Shown here: in pieces, positions 19,591-31,135 of the stretch
How the letters are laid out: each line of letters opens with the position of its first letter
Position numbering within the stretch: position 1 is the first letter of the stretch
Source: an uncultured Methanobrevibacter sp.
Lineage (GTDB): Archaea > Methanobacteriota > Methanobacteria > Methanobacteriales > Methanobacteriaceae
DNA: 64,000 nucleotides
Direction: 5' to 3'
Assembly: GCF_902771435.1 (NCBI RefSeq)
Contig: NZ_CACXXB010000001.1
Coordinates: 31,723 to 95,722, forward strand
The notes under the pieces: generated by a model
The model's input: only the letters and a program-made list of their open reading frames with translations
Told to the model about the DNA's origin: nothing
The model's database searches: none
Position numbers and translations under genes: made by a program

Positions 19591-19779
19591 GTTATCAACC
19601 TCACATATACTTTAAACCATATAACATATTTAAATTATCCAAGAGCATTTGATGAGTAATATTTGAGATTTTTAAGGTAAATAAGGTTGTTTTAGAGCAA
19701 TAAAATTGAAATTATTTGGAGAAATTGATTGGAAAACAAATATTAAGAGGATGCAATATAATAATTAACAGGTGAAAAA

Positions 19780-20463
19780 TTGGTTACGGAAACCCCAGAA
19801 CAGTTGGCCCTTGAAGCTGAAATTAAAGAGCAGGCCCAAAAATTTATAACATATCTCAATTCGACCCTTCCGGAAAGCATGGAACTCGAATACGAAGGAT
19901 TTTACAGAAGAGGATTTTTTGTAAGCAAAAAAAGATATGCAGTTATTGAAGACGGTGAAATCATAGCAAAAGGTCTGGAATTGGTTAGAAGAGACTGGGC
20001 GCCAATCGTTAAAAAAACCCAGGAAGAGGTTTTGATGGCCATCCTGAAAGAGGGTGATTCGGACAAAGCCATAAAAGCCGTCAAGAAAGTTTTAAAAAGA
20101 ATTAAAAATGGTGATGTTGACAACAAGGAACTAATCATACACACTCAAATCACCAAACCTCTCGACCAGTACAAACAGGTCGGACCCCACGTTGTTGCCG
20201 CAAGAAAAATAGAGGAGCACGGCATTAAAGTGACAAGGGGAACCATCATCCAATATATAATCGTAAAGGGAAAGGGTTCAATCAGCCAGAGGGCAGTACC
20301 TTACGAATACAGTGAGGGTTATGCATATGACAAGGACTATTACATCAACAATCAGCTGATTCCTGCGGTTGAAAGAATCATGTATGCATTCGGATATACA
20401 AAAACCGACCTAGAGGACCTCGCACGTGGAGAGGTCCAGCAGAGTTTGGACGCATATTTCTAA
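19780..20463 (+). CDS. polB2: Family B DNA polymerase, small (C-terminal) subunit of split PolB
   Basis: LEYEGFY, SKKRYA, KGLELVRRDW, YYINNQLIPAVERI; N-terminal exo/palm motifs absent. Confidence 0.9.
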   Translation: MVTETPEQLALEAEIKEQAQKFITYLNSTLPESMELEYEGFYRRGFFVSKKRYAVIEDGEIIAKGLELVRRDWAPIVKKTQEEVLMAILKEGDSDKAIKAVKKVLKRIKNGDVDNKELIIHTQITKPLDQYKQVGPHVVAARKIEEHGIKVTRGTIIQYIIVKGKGSISQRAVPYEYSEGYAYDKDYYINNQLIPAVERIMYAFGYTKTDLEDLARGEVQQSLDAYF

Positions 20464-20499
20464 AAATTTAAATATTCATAAAATTAAAAATAGATTCAT

Positions 20500-21192
20500 A
20501 TGATGAACAATGATGACCGTGTAGTTTTTTTCGATATAGATGGAACATTGCTTGATACCAGTAATTTCGCTGAAACTGCAAGAAAGGCAGCTATTGGAAT
20601 AATGGTCGACAACGGACTTCCTTTGGATAAAGATGAAGCATACGGTGTTTTGAAAACCATAATCCGTGAAAAAGGATCCAATTACGGCAAACACTTTAAC
20701 GTGCTTACACAGGTTGTTCTCGGCCACGAGGATCCGATGCTTGTTGCACTTGGAATGACAACATACCACAATGTGAAAATGGCTCTTTTAAGACCTTTTC
20801 CGGAAACAATTGACACATTAATCTATCTTAAAAGTCAGGGATATCGTTTAGCCGTTATCTCAAACGGAATCACCATTAAACAATGGGAAAAGCTCATCAG
20901 ACTTAACATCAACTCCTTTTTCGATGCAGTAATAACATCCGAGGAAGTTGGAAAGGAAAAACCTAATAAACTGATTTATGATGTTGCCCTTAGAAAGATG
21001 AATGGAAATCCTGAAAAATCCTTAATGATAGGAAACAAATTTAAAGCAGACGCATTAGGTGCAGTCAATGCAGGATTAGGTGCAATCTTAGTAAATTCCG
21101 ACATTACCGAAGAAGACAGAGCATACATAAAAAAAGAAAAATTAGACATTACAATAGTTGATAATATTGGTGATATAAATACTATTTTATAA
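20500..21192 (+). CDS. HAD-family hydrolase
   Basis: FFDIDGTLLD, ISNG, KP, MIGN...D. Confidence 0.9.
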   Translation: MMNNDDRVVFFDIDGTLLDTSNFAETARKAAIGIMVDNGLPLDKDEAYGVLKTIIREKGSNYGKHFNVLTQVVLGHEDPMLVALGMTTYHNVKMALLRPFPETIDTLIYLKSQGYRLAVISNGITIKQWEKLIRLNINSFFDAVITSEEVGKEKPNKLIYDVALRKMNGNPEKSLMIGNKFKADALGAVNAGLGAILVNSDITEEDRAYIKKEKLDITIVDNIGDINTIL

Positions 21193-21214
21193 ATCACCAA
21201 AAATTACTTATTTT

Positions 21215-21988
21215 TTAAAAATCAAGTTCCAGAGTTACTGGACAGTGGTCTGAACCATAGATATCCGCTAAAATTTTTGCAGACTTTACTTTATCTTTGA
21301 TTTCTTCATTTACAAAGAAATAATCAAGTCGCCAGCCGGAATTCCTTTCGCGTGCCTTGAATCTGTAGCTCCACCATGTAAAGTTACCTTCACCTTCATC
21401 AAACATTCTGAAAGTATCTACAAAACCTGCCTCTTCAAGTTCATCCAGCCATGCACGCTCTTCTGGAAGATAACCTGATTTTCCTTCACAGTTTTTGGGA
21501 TTGTAAACATCTACCGGATTGTGGGCAATATTATAATCTCCTGTGATGACCAGATTCTTTCCTTCATTTTTAAGCTCAACCAATTGATTGAGAAGTTCAT
21601 TGCAGAACTGAACTTTAAAATCAAGTCTTGAACCCTCCTTTCCACTGTTCGGGAAATAAATATTGAATAAAATAAAATCGGGATACTCAATTTTTAAAAC
21701 CCTGCCTTCATTGTCTAGCTCTTCAACGCCAAGACCCATGGTAACGCTTACGGGTTCTATTTTGGAGTATGTTCCAACTCCGCTGTATCCCTTCTTTTCA
21801 GCTTCATTGTAAAACTTGTGAAACTCATCAATTTCAGCCAATTTCTTAGGAATCTGTTCCTGAGTAGCTCTTACTTCCTGAAAATTAATGATATCTGAAT
21901 CATCATCTTCAAACCAGCTCCAAAAATCTTCTTTTTTTGAAACTGCTCTAATTCCATTTACGTTCCAAGAAACCAGCTTGATTGACAC
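21215..21988 (-). CDS. xth: Exodeoxyribonuclease III / AP endonuclease
   Basis: SWNVNGIRA, GDYNIAH, GWRLDYF, SDHCP. Confidence 0.95.
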   Translation of the reverse strand: MSIKLVSWNVNGIRAVSKKEDFWSWFEDDDSDIINFQEVRATQEQIPKKLAEIDEFHKFYNEAEKKGYSGVGTYSKIEPVSVTMGLGVEELDNEGRVLKIEYPDFILFNIYFPNSGKEGSRLDFKVQFCNELLNQLVELKNEGKNLVITGDYNIAHNPVDVYNPKNCEGKSGYLPEERAWLDELEEAGFVDTFRMFDEGEGNFTWWSYRFKARERNSGWRLDYFFVNEEIKDKVKSAKILADIYGSDHCPVTLELDF

Positions 21989-23529
21989 TATAATCTAACT
22001 CCTTGATCAATAGGCAGTTCACGAAGCCATTTGAGGTCACTTTTGTAAAGCATACGGATGTCTTCCACATCATATCTAATCATTGCCAGCCTTTCAATTC
22101 CCATACCGAAAGCCAATGCTGGCTGGTTGATTCCGAGAGGCTTCAATACTTCTGGCCTGAACATTCCTGCTCCTCCAAGTTCAATCCAGCTTCCCTTTTC
22201 CTCAAGATAGATTTCACTTTCTGTGGACAGGTATGTGTAAGGGAAATAGGCAGGTCTGAATCTAACTTCAAAACCTAATTTTTTATAGAACTCCTTCAAA
22301 GTACCTAAAAGATTTTGATAGCTAATGCCTTCACCGCATACAAGCCCTTCCACCTGATGAAATTCAGGCAGGTGTTTGTAATCGAAAGTTTCTCTTCTGA
22401 ATACTCTTCCAACGGAAAACATTTTTATTGGAGGCTCATGTTCAAACAGGTGTTTAGTAGATATTCCTGTTGTATGGGTTCTTAAAACACTTTGGCGAGC
22501 AATATCTTCACTCCAATCATATTGCCAGCCGATTGAACCTGTATCTGCACCGGTTTCATGAGTTTCAGCTGTGAGTTTTACCAAATCCATGTCAGGCAAA
22601 TCACATGTCAAAGGATTTTTCAAATAGAATGTGTCCTGCATTTCACGGGCAGCGTGGTCCTGTGGCTGGAAGAGTGAGTCAAAGTTCCAGAATGCTGATT
22701 CAACATATTCCCCATTGTCCTCTGAAAATCCCATGTTCAAAAAGATTTCTCTTATCTCGTCAATGATTACCCTTAACGGATGTTTTTTACCTGCAAAAAC
22801 AACAGGTGCCTCGGCATTTATATCATAAGGACGGTATTCAAGGCTTTTCCATTCACCATCCTTTAAGTGCTCATGAGTTAATTGAGTTGCTTGTTCTTTA
22901 ATCTCAAAACCGTGTTTAAGTATTTCTTCACCTTTAGGCAATATTGTAAAAGAATGTGAGGTTTCTTTTTTAATATTTAAAATATTTTTTCTGCCCGCAA
23001 GCTTTTTAACACCATTCATCAAATCATCAGTGAATAGCTTAACACCATCAGCATTTGCCTTAAGATAATCCAATGTTTCCTCATCTAAATCCATTTTGGA
23101 TGCGAAACCTTTTCCCAAATCTGTGATGTTGACTACACCCTTGTCTATTTGAGCCCAGTTTTTACGGCGCAGCCATCCGATAGCAATATTGGTTTCCTTT
23201 TTGTCCACACCGGTTTCATCAGCCAAATCTTTCATACCAATACTGTCTTTTTTAGCTAAAACGTCCAATATTCTACGTTCCGGAAGTCCTTTTTCAGCAT
23301 ATTCCCTTCCTGCATCGGTTAATGAATAAACTTCTTTAACATCCTTGTGCATTTCAATAATGTCTTTTGATGCAAGAGAGCCCGCTGCACTCATTACAGA
23401 TTTAATGTCCATGCCAGTATTTTCAGCTATAACTTCTGGAGTAGCATCAGGATTAGCTTCCAGTTCTTTTAAAAGTTTCTTTTCGTAAATATGCAATTCA
23501 CTAATGGTTTTTTCAATATCCTCACTCAT
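21988..23529 (-). CDS. pheS: Phenylalanyl-tRNA synthetase alpha subunit
   Basis: [41 protein letters not shown]. Confidence 0.97.
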   Translation of the reverse strand: MSEDIEKTISELHIYEKKLLKELEANPDATPEVIAENTGMDIKSVMSAAGSLASKDIIEMHKDVKEVYSLTDAGREYAEKGLPERRILDVLAKKDSIGMKDLADETGVDKKETNIAIGWLRRKNWAQIDKGVVNITDLGKGFASKMDLDEETLDYLKANADGVKLFTDDLMNGVKKLAGRKNILNIKKETSHSFTILPKGEEILKHGFEIKEQATQLTHEHLKDGEWKSLEYRPYDINAEAPVVFAGKKHPLRVIIDEIREIFLNMGFSEDNGEYVESAFWNFDSLFQPQDHAAREMQDTFYLKNPLTCDLPDMDLVKLTAETHETGADTGSIGWQYDWSEDIARQSVLRTHTTGISTKHLFEHEPPIKMFSVGRVFRRETFDYKHLPEFHQVEGLVCGEGISYQNLLGTLKEFYKKLGFEVRFRPAYFPYTYLSTESEIYLEEKGSWIELGGAGMFRPEVLKPLGINQPALAFGMGIERLAMIRYDVEDIRMLYKSDLKWLRELPIDQGVRL

Positions 23530-23794
23530 TTAAACACCATAATTTAAGATTAATAATATTATAATATATGTTTCAAGTGATTTATAAATATAATGTAAAA
23601 TTTAAAAAAAGGTAATGAAATTAAAAAAATACTGGAAATCTAAAAAGATTTAATGTGAATCTACACAATTTCCCATTTATTATTACTAATTTTATAAAAA
23701 GTAATACTTATATAGTAGAAGAAACTATATACTATTTGATATTACCAAAAAATCATCCCATATTTGATTAATATCTTTTAAAAACTAATTAAAA

Positions 23795-24124
23795 GTGATA
23801 TATTTGATAGATTACAATATTCAAGAGGCACAGAATATAATTCAAAACTATAATCCTAATTTGCTACGATTTGACAAACATATTTTCAGGAACTGGTTTG
23901 AAAGAGGATATACTCACCAATATATTGCAAAATGCCTATTTGAAAAAATTCCCCTGGGAATTAACAAAACAACAGAAAATCGTTTTAAATTAATCTATTC
24001 TCATGAAAAAAATAAGAACATGGATTTATATATTATAATCGAAATAGATGATTATAGAAACATCACAGTTATAACAGCATATGCCTTTGACAAAAGAAGA
24101 AGAGAAAGAAATGTAGAGAGATAA
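23795..24124 (+). CDS. DUF4258/RelE-BrnT-like putative toxin
   Basis: H...R N-terminal motif and C-terminal ITVITAY; upstream of a DUF2283 gene. Confidence 0.6.
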   Translation: MIYLIDYNIQEAQNIIQNYNPNLLRFDKHIFRNWFERGYTHQYIAKCLFEKIPLGINKTTENRFKLIYSHEKNKNMDLYIIIEIDDYRNITVITAYAFDKRRRERNVER

Positions 24125-24125
24125 C

Positions 24126-24503
24126 ATGAATAAAGAAAATTCATATGAAGTAGAATACATGTATGACGAATCAGCAGACATACTAGGAATTAAAGTTACA
24201 CGAGATTTCACATATCATGAAACAATAGAATTAGATGAAGGATTGCTGCTTGATTTTGATGAAGATAATGTACCCACCGCTCTTGAAATGCATGATGCAT
24301 CCAAAAGATTAAATGTTTCAAAAAATAGCTTAAAAAAAATAATCTTTTGTAAAATGAAAGTTATCGTCGATACAAAATCCATCAGCATTAATGCTATTTT
24401 TGGCGTGAAAAACCACAACAAAGAAAACAAACACGAATTGGAATCATTTACCAGCAACAACTATAACATTCCCAATATGGAAACTAACTTAGTCACCATT
24501 TAA
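24126..24503 (+). CDS. DUF2283 family protein (putative antitoxin)
   Basis: YMYDESADIL...LLDFDE..P.ALEMHDAS. Confidence 0.8.
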   Translation: MNKENSYEVEYMYDESADILGIKVTRDFTYHETIELDEGLLLDFDEDNVPTALEMHDASKRLNVSKNSLKKIIFCKMKVIVDTKSISINAIFGVKNHNKENKHELESFTSNNYNIPNMETNLVTI

Positions 24504-24555
24504 ATTTTAAAAGAAATAATAACAAGAAATCTAAGCGATTTCCTGATTAAAATAC

Positions 24556-25434
24556 CTAATCAAAATTTGATTTCAAATAGCTTACAAAAATGGATGCTGC
24601 TGTCAAATCGGCAGTGGTTCCCGGATTATATTTATTATTGAATAGATAATCATCAAATTCCTTGAGTCTTTCGCCGAAATCATCCGCATCTTTTAAGTTA
24701 AGCAAATCCCTTGTCATCAGTGATATTTTCATAGCCTCATCTGAGCCGTATTTTCTTGAAATCAGTGTGTCCGGAACATGAGATAGGATCGTTAGAAATG
24801 TTAGTACACAAGCGTCATTTTTAGATTTTTCTTGCCTGAGCTTGTGATAGGTAGGATATCCTATTTCAAAAACGGCAGGCATATCTGAAGTCATTTCACG
24901 GGCCAGCATATCCCAAGGGGCGGATATTTTTAAAACATCATACATTGTCTGACCGTTTTGCCTGAGTTCATTTTTGGCATTGTCACTTGCCACATCGTAT
25001 TCGTCCTGATCGCCCATTCCACCGGCATCCGCAATGTTGATTGCATCATACAAATCACATGCATCGTCAACAGATGTGTTTGACATTAACACTTTAACAT
25101 TTTCCCTTACATCATCAAATGAGTCGCTGATAGCCGCTGCAACTGCAATCGGTGTTGTCATCATCACAATTCCCAGGTTGGTGTTGTTTTTAATCCACCT
25201 GTCGGTTTCGGCTACTGCCTGCAGGATGTATTTGCCCAGTTTTGGATTTTCTATATCCACATCACTGCATGCTTCACGTATGGTATCTCCTATTACAATA
25301 CCACTTATTACAAAGTCTTCGAATTCCATATCATCATAGTCACGGGTTCTGTGGACATTTCCAGGTTTCGGATATCCACTTACCTCAAGTGCTGATGCTA
25401 TTTGTGCGATTTTTGCTATTTCGTTTGCATCCAT
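24556..25434 (-). CDS. citG: Triphosphoribosyl-dephospho-CoA synthase (CitG family)
   Basis: LEVSGYPKPGNVHR, NTNLG, PDTLISRK, NPGTTADL. Confidence 0.9.
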   Translation of the reverse strand: MDANEIAKIAQIASALEVSGYPKPGNVHRTRDYDDMEFEDFVISGIVIGDTIREACSDVDIENPKLGKYILQAVAETDRWIKNNTNLGIVMMTTPIAVAAAISDSFDDVRENVKVLMSNTSVDDACDLYDAINIADAGGMGDQDEYDVASDNAKNELRQNGQTMYDVLKISAPWDMLAREMTSDMPAVFEIGYPTYHKLRQEKSKNDACVLTFLTILSHVPDTLISRKYGSDEAMKISLMTRDLLNLKDADDFGERLKEFDDYLFNNKYNPGTTADLTAASIFVSYLKSNFD

Positions 25435-26436
25435 TTATATCAACTCGTTTAAAAGCAAGTATGGTGCAAAGTTAGTGATAATTAAGTCTGCTCCGGCCCT
25501 TTTGATTGAAAGCAGGGCCTCCAAGATTGCACGTTCTGTTAAAAATCCTTTCTCAATTGCCGCCATAAGCATTGAATATTCTCCGCTAACATTATAAGCA
25601 ACCAAAGGAAGCATGAATTCATCTCTTACCATACGGACAACATCAAGGTAGGGAAGTGCAGGTTTTACCATCAGGAAGTCACATCCTTCAATAACGTCAA
25701 GTTCACATTCACGGATTGCCTCCACTGCATTTGCAGGATCCATCTGATAGGATTTTCTGTCTCCTGCATGAGGTGATGAGCAGGCCGCTACCCTGAACGG
25801 TTCGTAGAATGCTGATGCATACTTGGCGGAATATGACATGATCATAACATTGTAAAAACCGTTTTCATCCAAGGTTTCCCTTATTGCCTTAACCCTACCG
25901 TCCATCATGTCTGAAGGAGCTACAATATCAGCGCCCGCCTGTGCATGGGACAGAGCCACTTTTGCAATAATCGGCAGAGATTCGTCATTCAATATTTCAA
26001 TTCCATCATCAGTATCTTCGTTTTCAACTATCATTCCACAATGTCCATGAGAAGTGTACTGGCATAAACATACGTCAGTGATTACAACAAGGTTTGTTTC
26101 TTTTTTAAGCCTTCTTACAGCCTTTTGAACAATGCCTGTTGCTGAGTAGTCGGGAGTGGCTATTTCATCTTTGGTATCTTCCAGAGGTATTCCAAAAACA
26201 ATTATTGATTTTAAACCTTTAGCTTCGAGCTGTTTTGCAAATTCGACACCAGCATCCAAAGAGTATCTGAATTCCCCAGGAAGTGATGAAATCTCTTCTT
26301 TTTCCATATCTTTAAGTTCCTCTTTAAAATAAATCGGATAAATCAAATCTTCCTTATCCAATTTAGTTTCACGTACAATATCTCTTATTTTAGCATTTTT
26401 TCTTAATCTTCTCATTCTTGTTGTTGGAAATTGCAT
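25435..26436 (-). CDS. hemB: Porphobilinogen synthase
   Basis: [39 protein letters not shown]. Confidence 0.97.
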   Translation of the reverse strand: MQFPTTRMRRLRKNAKIRDIVRETKLDKEDLIYPIYFKEELKDMEKEEISSLPGEFRYSLDAGVEFAKQLEAKGLKSIIVFGIPLEDTKDEIATPDYSATGIVQKAVRRLKKETNLVVITDVCLCQYTSHGHCGMIVENEDTDDGIEILNDESLPIIAKVALSHAQAGADIVAPSDMMDGRVKAIRETLDENGFYNVMIMSYSAKYASAFYEPFRVAACSSPHAGDRKSYQMDPANAVEAIRECELDVIEGCDFLMVKPALPYLDVVRMVRDEFMLPLVAYNVSGEYSMLMAAIEKGFLTERAILEALLSIKRAGADLIITNFAPYLLLNELI

Positions 26437-26499
26437 AATTATCACTAAATAATAATTTTGATTTAAGATTATATAAAACTGATATATTATCCGAACTTT

Positions 26500-26560
26500 G
26501 AAAAATTGATTTAAATTTGTAAAATTGTCATGAGCTCGAAAAATTGATTTAACCTTGTAA
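26500..26560 (+). repeat. 23-bp imperfect direct repeat, period 38
   Basis: GAAAAATTGATTTAAATTTGTAA (26500-26522) and GAAAAATTGATTTAACCTTGTAA (26538-26560). Confidence 0.8.
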
Positions 26561-26664
26561 TTAATCTTAAATGGATTTGGAAAGGAATTAGAAGATGATT
26601 TGGAAAAAAATATTTATATATTGTAGGTTAAATAATAATTCACAGACGTCTGTTAAATTTTTAA

Positions 26665-27149
26665 GTGATGATTATGAAACATGAAAAATTTAATGGATTT
26701 GACAAAAACGGATATCTTCCCCACGGAATATATCCTATGACTTATAAAGAATTTAAAAGAATATTCGGTGAAAATTCTGCAAAACGAAAAGAAATTTTAA
26801 AAGTATACGAAAAATTTATGCTTGAAATTAAAAATACAGGATATTTTCTTAATCATTGGATTGATGGCAGTTTTGTTTCAAAAAAAGAAAACCCTAAAGA
26901 TATTGACACTTTGACTGAATTTGATGGTGAAAAAGTAGATGCAAATAAAGACACATTAAGAATTGATTATTTGGTTTACAATTCCAAATCAAAACAAATG
27001 GATTATGCCATTCTTGGAGAGTTTACCGTTACCCAGAATCTGATAAAGAAAAATATGATGTATATTTAACTGTCAAATTTAGGATTCTGAATGAATTATT
27101 CGGCACCGATAAGAACAATATCCCCAAAGGCATAGTGCATTTAAGGTGA
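26665..27149 (+). pseudogene. DUF6932-like nucleotidyltransferase-fold gene with a frameshift at ~26991-26994
   Basis: GYLPHGIY and WIDGSFVSKKENPKDID in the first frame; the -1 frame continues TNGLCHSWRVYRYP...LFGTDKNNIPKGIVHLR* to 27149. Confidence 0.75.
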
Positions 27150-27150
27150 T

Positions 27151-27804
27151 ATGATGAGATTTGAAACCATTGAAGATTATGATAATTATCTAAATGACAT
27201 AAAAAAAGATTTGGATAAAATAGACCACTATCTAAAAGAACACCCCGAATCATTAGGAACCAGAGGAAATTATATGACCCTTAAACACCTTTATGACATT
27301 TATGCAAACAATAGATTGGAATTTATTCAAAAATTGGGAGAAATTAATTTAAAATTGGAAGGAAAAGAATTAAATCATCCATTACCCTTAAAAAATATGT
27401 ATTTATTGGGCAATAAATTCAATAATACTAAAAATTCAACAATGAATCTTTTAGAAGGGAATTCTATTAGTGATGAGGATTTACTCATTGAAGAAATTTC
27501 AAAAGGTTCCTACAACATCAAATTTTCATTTCCAAACCCTACTGAAGAAGATGTGAAAAGAACCTCACTGCGAAAAAAAGCTCTGCTGAAAATTTTTGAT
27601 TTAATTTACTGTGGAGATAACATTGAAAAATTAAAAAAACAAACAGGGCCTACTGGTAAAGAAGTATTGATAAATTATAAAGAATTTATCGGAGAAATTA
27701 TTAAAAATAAAGCAGATTTTACCATTGACACTGAAAAAGGAAATGTTAAAGCTAACTTAACTCTCGAACAATGCCAAAATATTTATGAAAATTTAAACAT
27801 TTAA
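27151..27804 (+). CDS. Hypothetical protein, partner of the DUF6932-like gene
   Basis: 217-aa ORF starting 1 nt after the restored stop; AGGTGA RBS. Confidence 0.75.
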   Translation: MMRFETIEDYDNYLNDIKKDLDKIDHYLKEHPESLGTRGNYMTLKHLYDIYANNRLEFIQKLGEINLKLEGKELNHPLPLKNMYLLGNKFNNTKNSTMNLLEGNSISDEDLLIEEISKGSYNIKFSFPNPTEEDVKRTSLRKKALLKIFDLIYCGDNIEKLKKQTGPTGKEVLINYKEFIGEIIKNKADFTIDTEKGNVKANLTLEQCQNIYENLNI

Positions 27805-27853
27805 AAAGTTTAAAATACAAACATTAGACCAATTGCAAAAAAAGAGGCCAAAT

Positions 27854-28948
27854 ATGTCAAATTCAATTGGAGAAAAATTTAGAATAACAAGTTTTGGAGC
27901 AAGCCACGGCAAGGCCGTTGGTGCTGTTGTTGACGGATGTCCGGCAAATCTTGAATTAAGTGCAGAAGACATTCAAAAGGAATTGGATAAACGAAAACCA
28001 GGAACAAGCAGTGTTACAACACCTAGAAAAGAGGCAGATGAAGTTCAAATATTATCCGGAATCTTTGAAGGAAAAACTGATGGAACACCAATTGCAGGAG
28101 TTATCTATAACAAAAACCAGCACTCCAAAGATTATTCCATGTTTAAAAATACTCCACGCCCATCCCATGGGGACTTCGGATGGATGATGAAATACGGCAA
28201 CTATGACTATAACGGAGGAGGTCGTGGAAGCGGCAGAGTAACCATCGGCCATGTAATCGGAGGAGCAATAGCTAAAAAGCTCTTAAAAACCCAAAACATT
28301 GAAATAATTTCTCACGTAGTTCAAATTGGAGACATTAAAGCAGAGCCTCAAGATTTTAATGCGATGAAAGAGAATATTGAAAAAAATCCTGTAAGATGTG
28401 GCGATTTGGATGCTGCAGAAAAAATGGAAGAACTGATTTTAGCAAAAAAACAGGAAGGAGATTCTGTAGGTGGAATCGTGGAAACCATTGCCGTTGGAGT
28501 TCCACAGGGTCTTGGAGAGCCTGTTTTTGAAAGACTTGACGGTGATCTTGCAAGAATCCTAATGAATATCGGAGCTGTTAAAGGAGTTGAAATTGGCCTT
28601 GGATTTGACGTTGCAAACCATACCGGCTCTGAGATTAACGACGAATACCAAATCGAAAACGGTGAAATTACTACAAAAACAAATAACTCCGGAGGAATTA
28701 TCGGAGGCATGAGCAATGGGATGCCTATAATTTCAAGAATTGCAGTTAAACCTACACCATCCATTTCCAAATGTCAAAATTCAATCGATTTGGAGACTAT
28801 GGAAAATAAAAAAATAGAAATTAAGGGAAGACATGACCCCTGCATCTGTCCTAGAGTGACAGTGGTGGCTGAATCCAGTACTGCAATAGTTCTTACAGAC
28901 CATATGATTCGCTCAGGATTCATTCATCCTACCAATTTGAAGCATTAA
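27854..28948 (+). CDS. aroC: Chorismate synthase
   Basis: [33 protein letters not shown]. Confidence 0.97.
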   Translation: MSNSIGEKFRITSFGASHGKAVGAVVDGCPANLELSAEDIQKELDKRKPGTSSVTTPRKEADEVQILSGIFEGKTDGTPIAGVIYNKNQHSKDYSMFKNTPRPSHGDFGWMMKYGNYDYNGGGRGSGRVTIGHVIGGAIAKKLLKTQNIEIISHVVQIGDIKAEPQDFNAMKENIEKNPVRCGDLDAAEKMEELILAKKQEGDSVGGIVETIAVGVPQGLGEPVFERLDGDLARILMNIGAVKGVEIGLGFDVANHTGSEINDEYQIENGEITTKTNNSGGIIGGMSNGMPIISRIAVKPTPSISKCQNSIDLETMENKKIEIKGRHDPCICPRVTVVAESSTAIVLTDHMIRSGFIHPTNLKH

Positions 28949-29868
28949 CGTTTTTTCATGAATGAAACTTCATCAAATTCATTGTGCTTAAATGCAAGCT
29001 GATAGGAGTTTCTTCTCTCATTATTAAACATTTTATGATTTGTACTGTGGCTTGGTGAATCAATATCCTTCAGAGAGATTAACCTGAATCTTTTCGGATT
29101 ATTGTAATTCACATTAAATGACAAACCGTCAAATGCCGCAATGGTTTTAACGCCAGTCTGTTTTGAAATCTTTTTGGCTTCGGTAACCGGATTGTTTGAA
29201 ATCATTTTAAGACCCAAATGTGTCATCACAGCAACCTTCGGGTTTACCTCATTAATCAAATCAATGAAATTGCGGGTGCACATGTGGCCGTTTATCGGTC
29301 TGTTGCCAGGTCTTAACACGCTGGCTATCAATATGTCCGCACCTTTATGGTCTTTTCCCATATCGTCAAAGTAACCTGTATCTGAAGTGTATGAGACCTT
29401 AAATCCCCTGTAGTCTATTTGAAAGCCGCAGCCTGTAGGGTCGCCATGTTCAGTTTTGGTTCCATTGATTTTTATATTGTTTAAACGGCTTTCCTTACCA
29501 GGCTCCAAAATAAGCTTATCTGATTTTGACTGGTGGTATGATGAAATGCACGGACCCCATTTTTCAAAGCCTTTCAAGACACTTTCACTTCCGACAATTG
29601 TACCGAAACTGCGAGTCATTCCTCTTGTCATTGCCTCTATGAGGATTTCCGCATCATTATAATGGTCAGTGTGGGCATGAGTTACAAAAACACCACTTAG
29701 ATTACGGGGATCAAAACCAAACTGATAAGTCCTGATTAAAGCTCCAGGACCCGGATCTATATGATAATTCTTTCCTCCCAAATTATCAATCCGGAACCCT
29801 CCGGTCATTCTTCGTTGTGAAATGGCAGAAAACCTTCCGCCACCACTACCTAAAAATGTTATTTTCAT
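28945..29868 (-). CDS. Metallo-beta-lactamase fold hydrolase
   Basis: [25 protein letters not shown]. Confidence 0.9.
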   Translation of the reverse strand: MKITFLGSGGGRFSAISQRRMTGGFRIDNLGGKNYHIDPGPGALIRTYQFGFDPRNLSGVFVTHAHTDHYNDAEILIEAMTRGMTRSFGTIVGSESVLKGFEKWGPCISSYHQSKSDKLILEPGKESRLNNIKINGTKTEHGDPTGCGFQIDYRGFKVSYTSDTGYFDDMGKDHKGADILIASVLRPGNRPINGHMCTRNFIDLINEVNPKVAVMTHLGLKMISNNPVTEAKKISKQTGVKTIAAFDGLSFNVNYNNPKRFRLISLKDIDSPSHSTNHKMFNNERRNSYQLAFKHNEFDEVSFMKKR

Positions 29869-29880
29869 TTAAATCCCCAA

Positions 29881-30801
29881 TCATAATGAACATAATATTA
29901 TATCACAAGTGAGAGTGGACTTATCCTTCTTAAGGCATAAATCTTCATTTTCAATGACAACCTTATCCCCTATCTTCACATTATCGGATTCAGTGAACAT
30001 CAATACATTCTGGCCTGGACCTGCAAGCTGTTTCCAATTACTATCCATTGCCTGTGTTTTATCGTTTAATTGGACATATAACATGTTTCCATCAATTGAA
30101 ACAACCCTGCCCACTTCACCTTTGTCAATGATTTTACTTGCATTCTCAATTGCAATATTCTGTTGAACAAGTTTTTCTGTTAAATCCTGCCTGAATTTGA
30201 CCAATACCTTAATATCATTATCAATAGTAATGTTAAGGTGTTTTTGAGCTTGCGAAGGATTGAATTGAGGCTGTTGAATTAAAGTATCGAACTTATCACC
30301 GACAGTAGGGGTTTTAGATGAAACTTCTGCCAAAATCTGTTCAAACACCTCACCCATATATTTAAGGCTTTGGGAAGCTTTCCATTTCTTTTGTATGAGA
30401 TCTTGGGCCAATTGTTTGGCATAATTGTTTCCGAACAGGACTATGCCTTTTTCACCTGCCTGACGTGACTTTTGCTCGGAACCTAACAGTTCAACAATCT
30501 GATAACCGTTAGTTGTTCCATAGATTCTCCTTCGTTTGGTTTCAAAAGTTCCTTTGGTACTTACTTCACCTCTAACTGTATTTCCAATTATTTTTAATTT
30601 GCTTGCATCATCAGTAATTTTAATGGAAATACCCAACTCCTTGGCACGTTTTGAAAACTCGTCATCACTAGAAATAATTCCATCATATAATTCTTTTTCT
30701 AACTGCGCTAAATTTTCTTTATCACCGAAATATCCTATCTTTCTTTTATCTCCAGTCATTACACATCCTTTTTTTCCAATGTAAGCGATTATTAAGCTCA
30801 T
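29881..30801 (-). CDS. DUF2121 / MJ0548-type connectase-like Ntn protein
   Basis: N-terminus (M)SLIIAYIGKKGCVMTGDKR, RRRIYGT, KTPTV plus C-terminal extension. Confidence 0.8.
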   Translation of the reverse strand: MSLIIAYIGKKGCVMTGDKRKIGYFGDKENLAQLEKELYDGIISSDDEFSKRAKELGISIKITDDASKLKIIGNTVRGEVSTKGTFETKRRRIYGTTNGYQIVELLGSEQKSRQAGEKGIVLFGNNYAKQLAQDLIQKKWKASQSLKYMGEVFEQILAEVSSKTPTVGDKFDTLIQQPQFNPSQAQKHLNITIDNDIKVLVKFRQDLTEKLVQQNIAIENASKIIDKGEVGRVVSIDGNMLYVQLNDKTQAMDSNWKQLAGPGQNVLMFTESDNVKIGDKVVIENEDLCLKKDKSTLTCDIILCSL

Positions 30802-31135
30802 AATATCCCCTAAATCAGATATTTTAATTTATCTAAAATATCAAAAATTTATTATTTGAATATATTTATATTTATCATGTTTTAAATAGTTTAAGAAAAA
30901 GTATAATTTAAAAAAAAATATTTTTTTTAATAAAATAACATTTAAACATTTTTAAAATATATAAAAAAGAATAAACAGCTATTGAAATTATATAATAAGA
31001 AACCAGAATGATGTTTAAACAACATATTTAAATATTTAATATAACAAATATTATATCATTAGTAATTGTTAATTATTTATCATTATAAATTATGATGATT
31101 TTAATGCAATTATAAATCTATAAGGAGAAAAACTT

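Noticed and set aside
31042-31071. Two 2-mismatch copies of the TAACAATTGTTA motif upstream of the acyl-CoA ligase
   Set aside because: Too degenerate for such AT-rich DNA and spaced differently from the TATA box; needs a statistical scan
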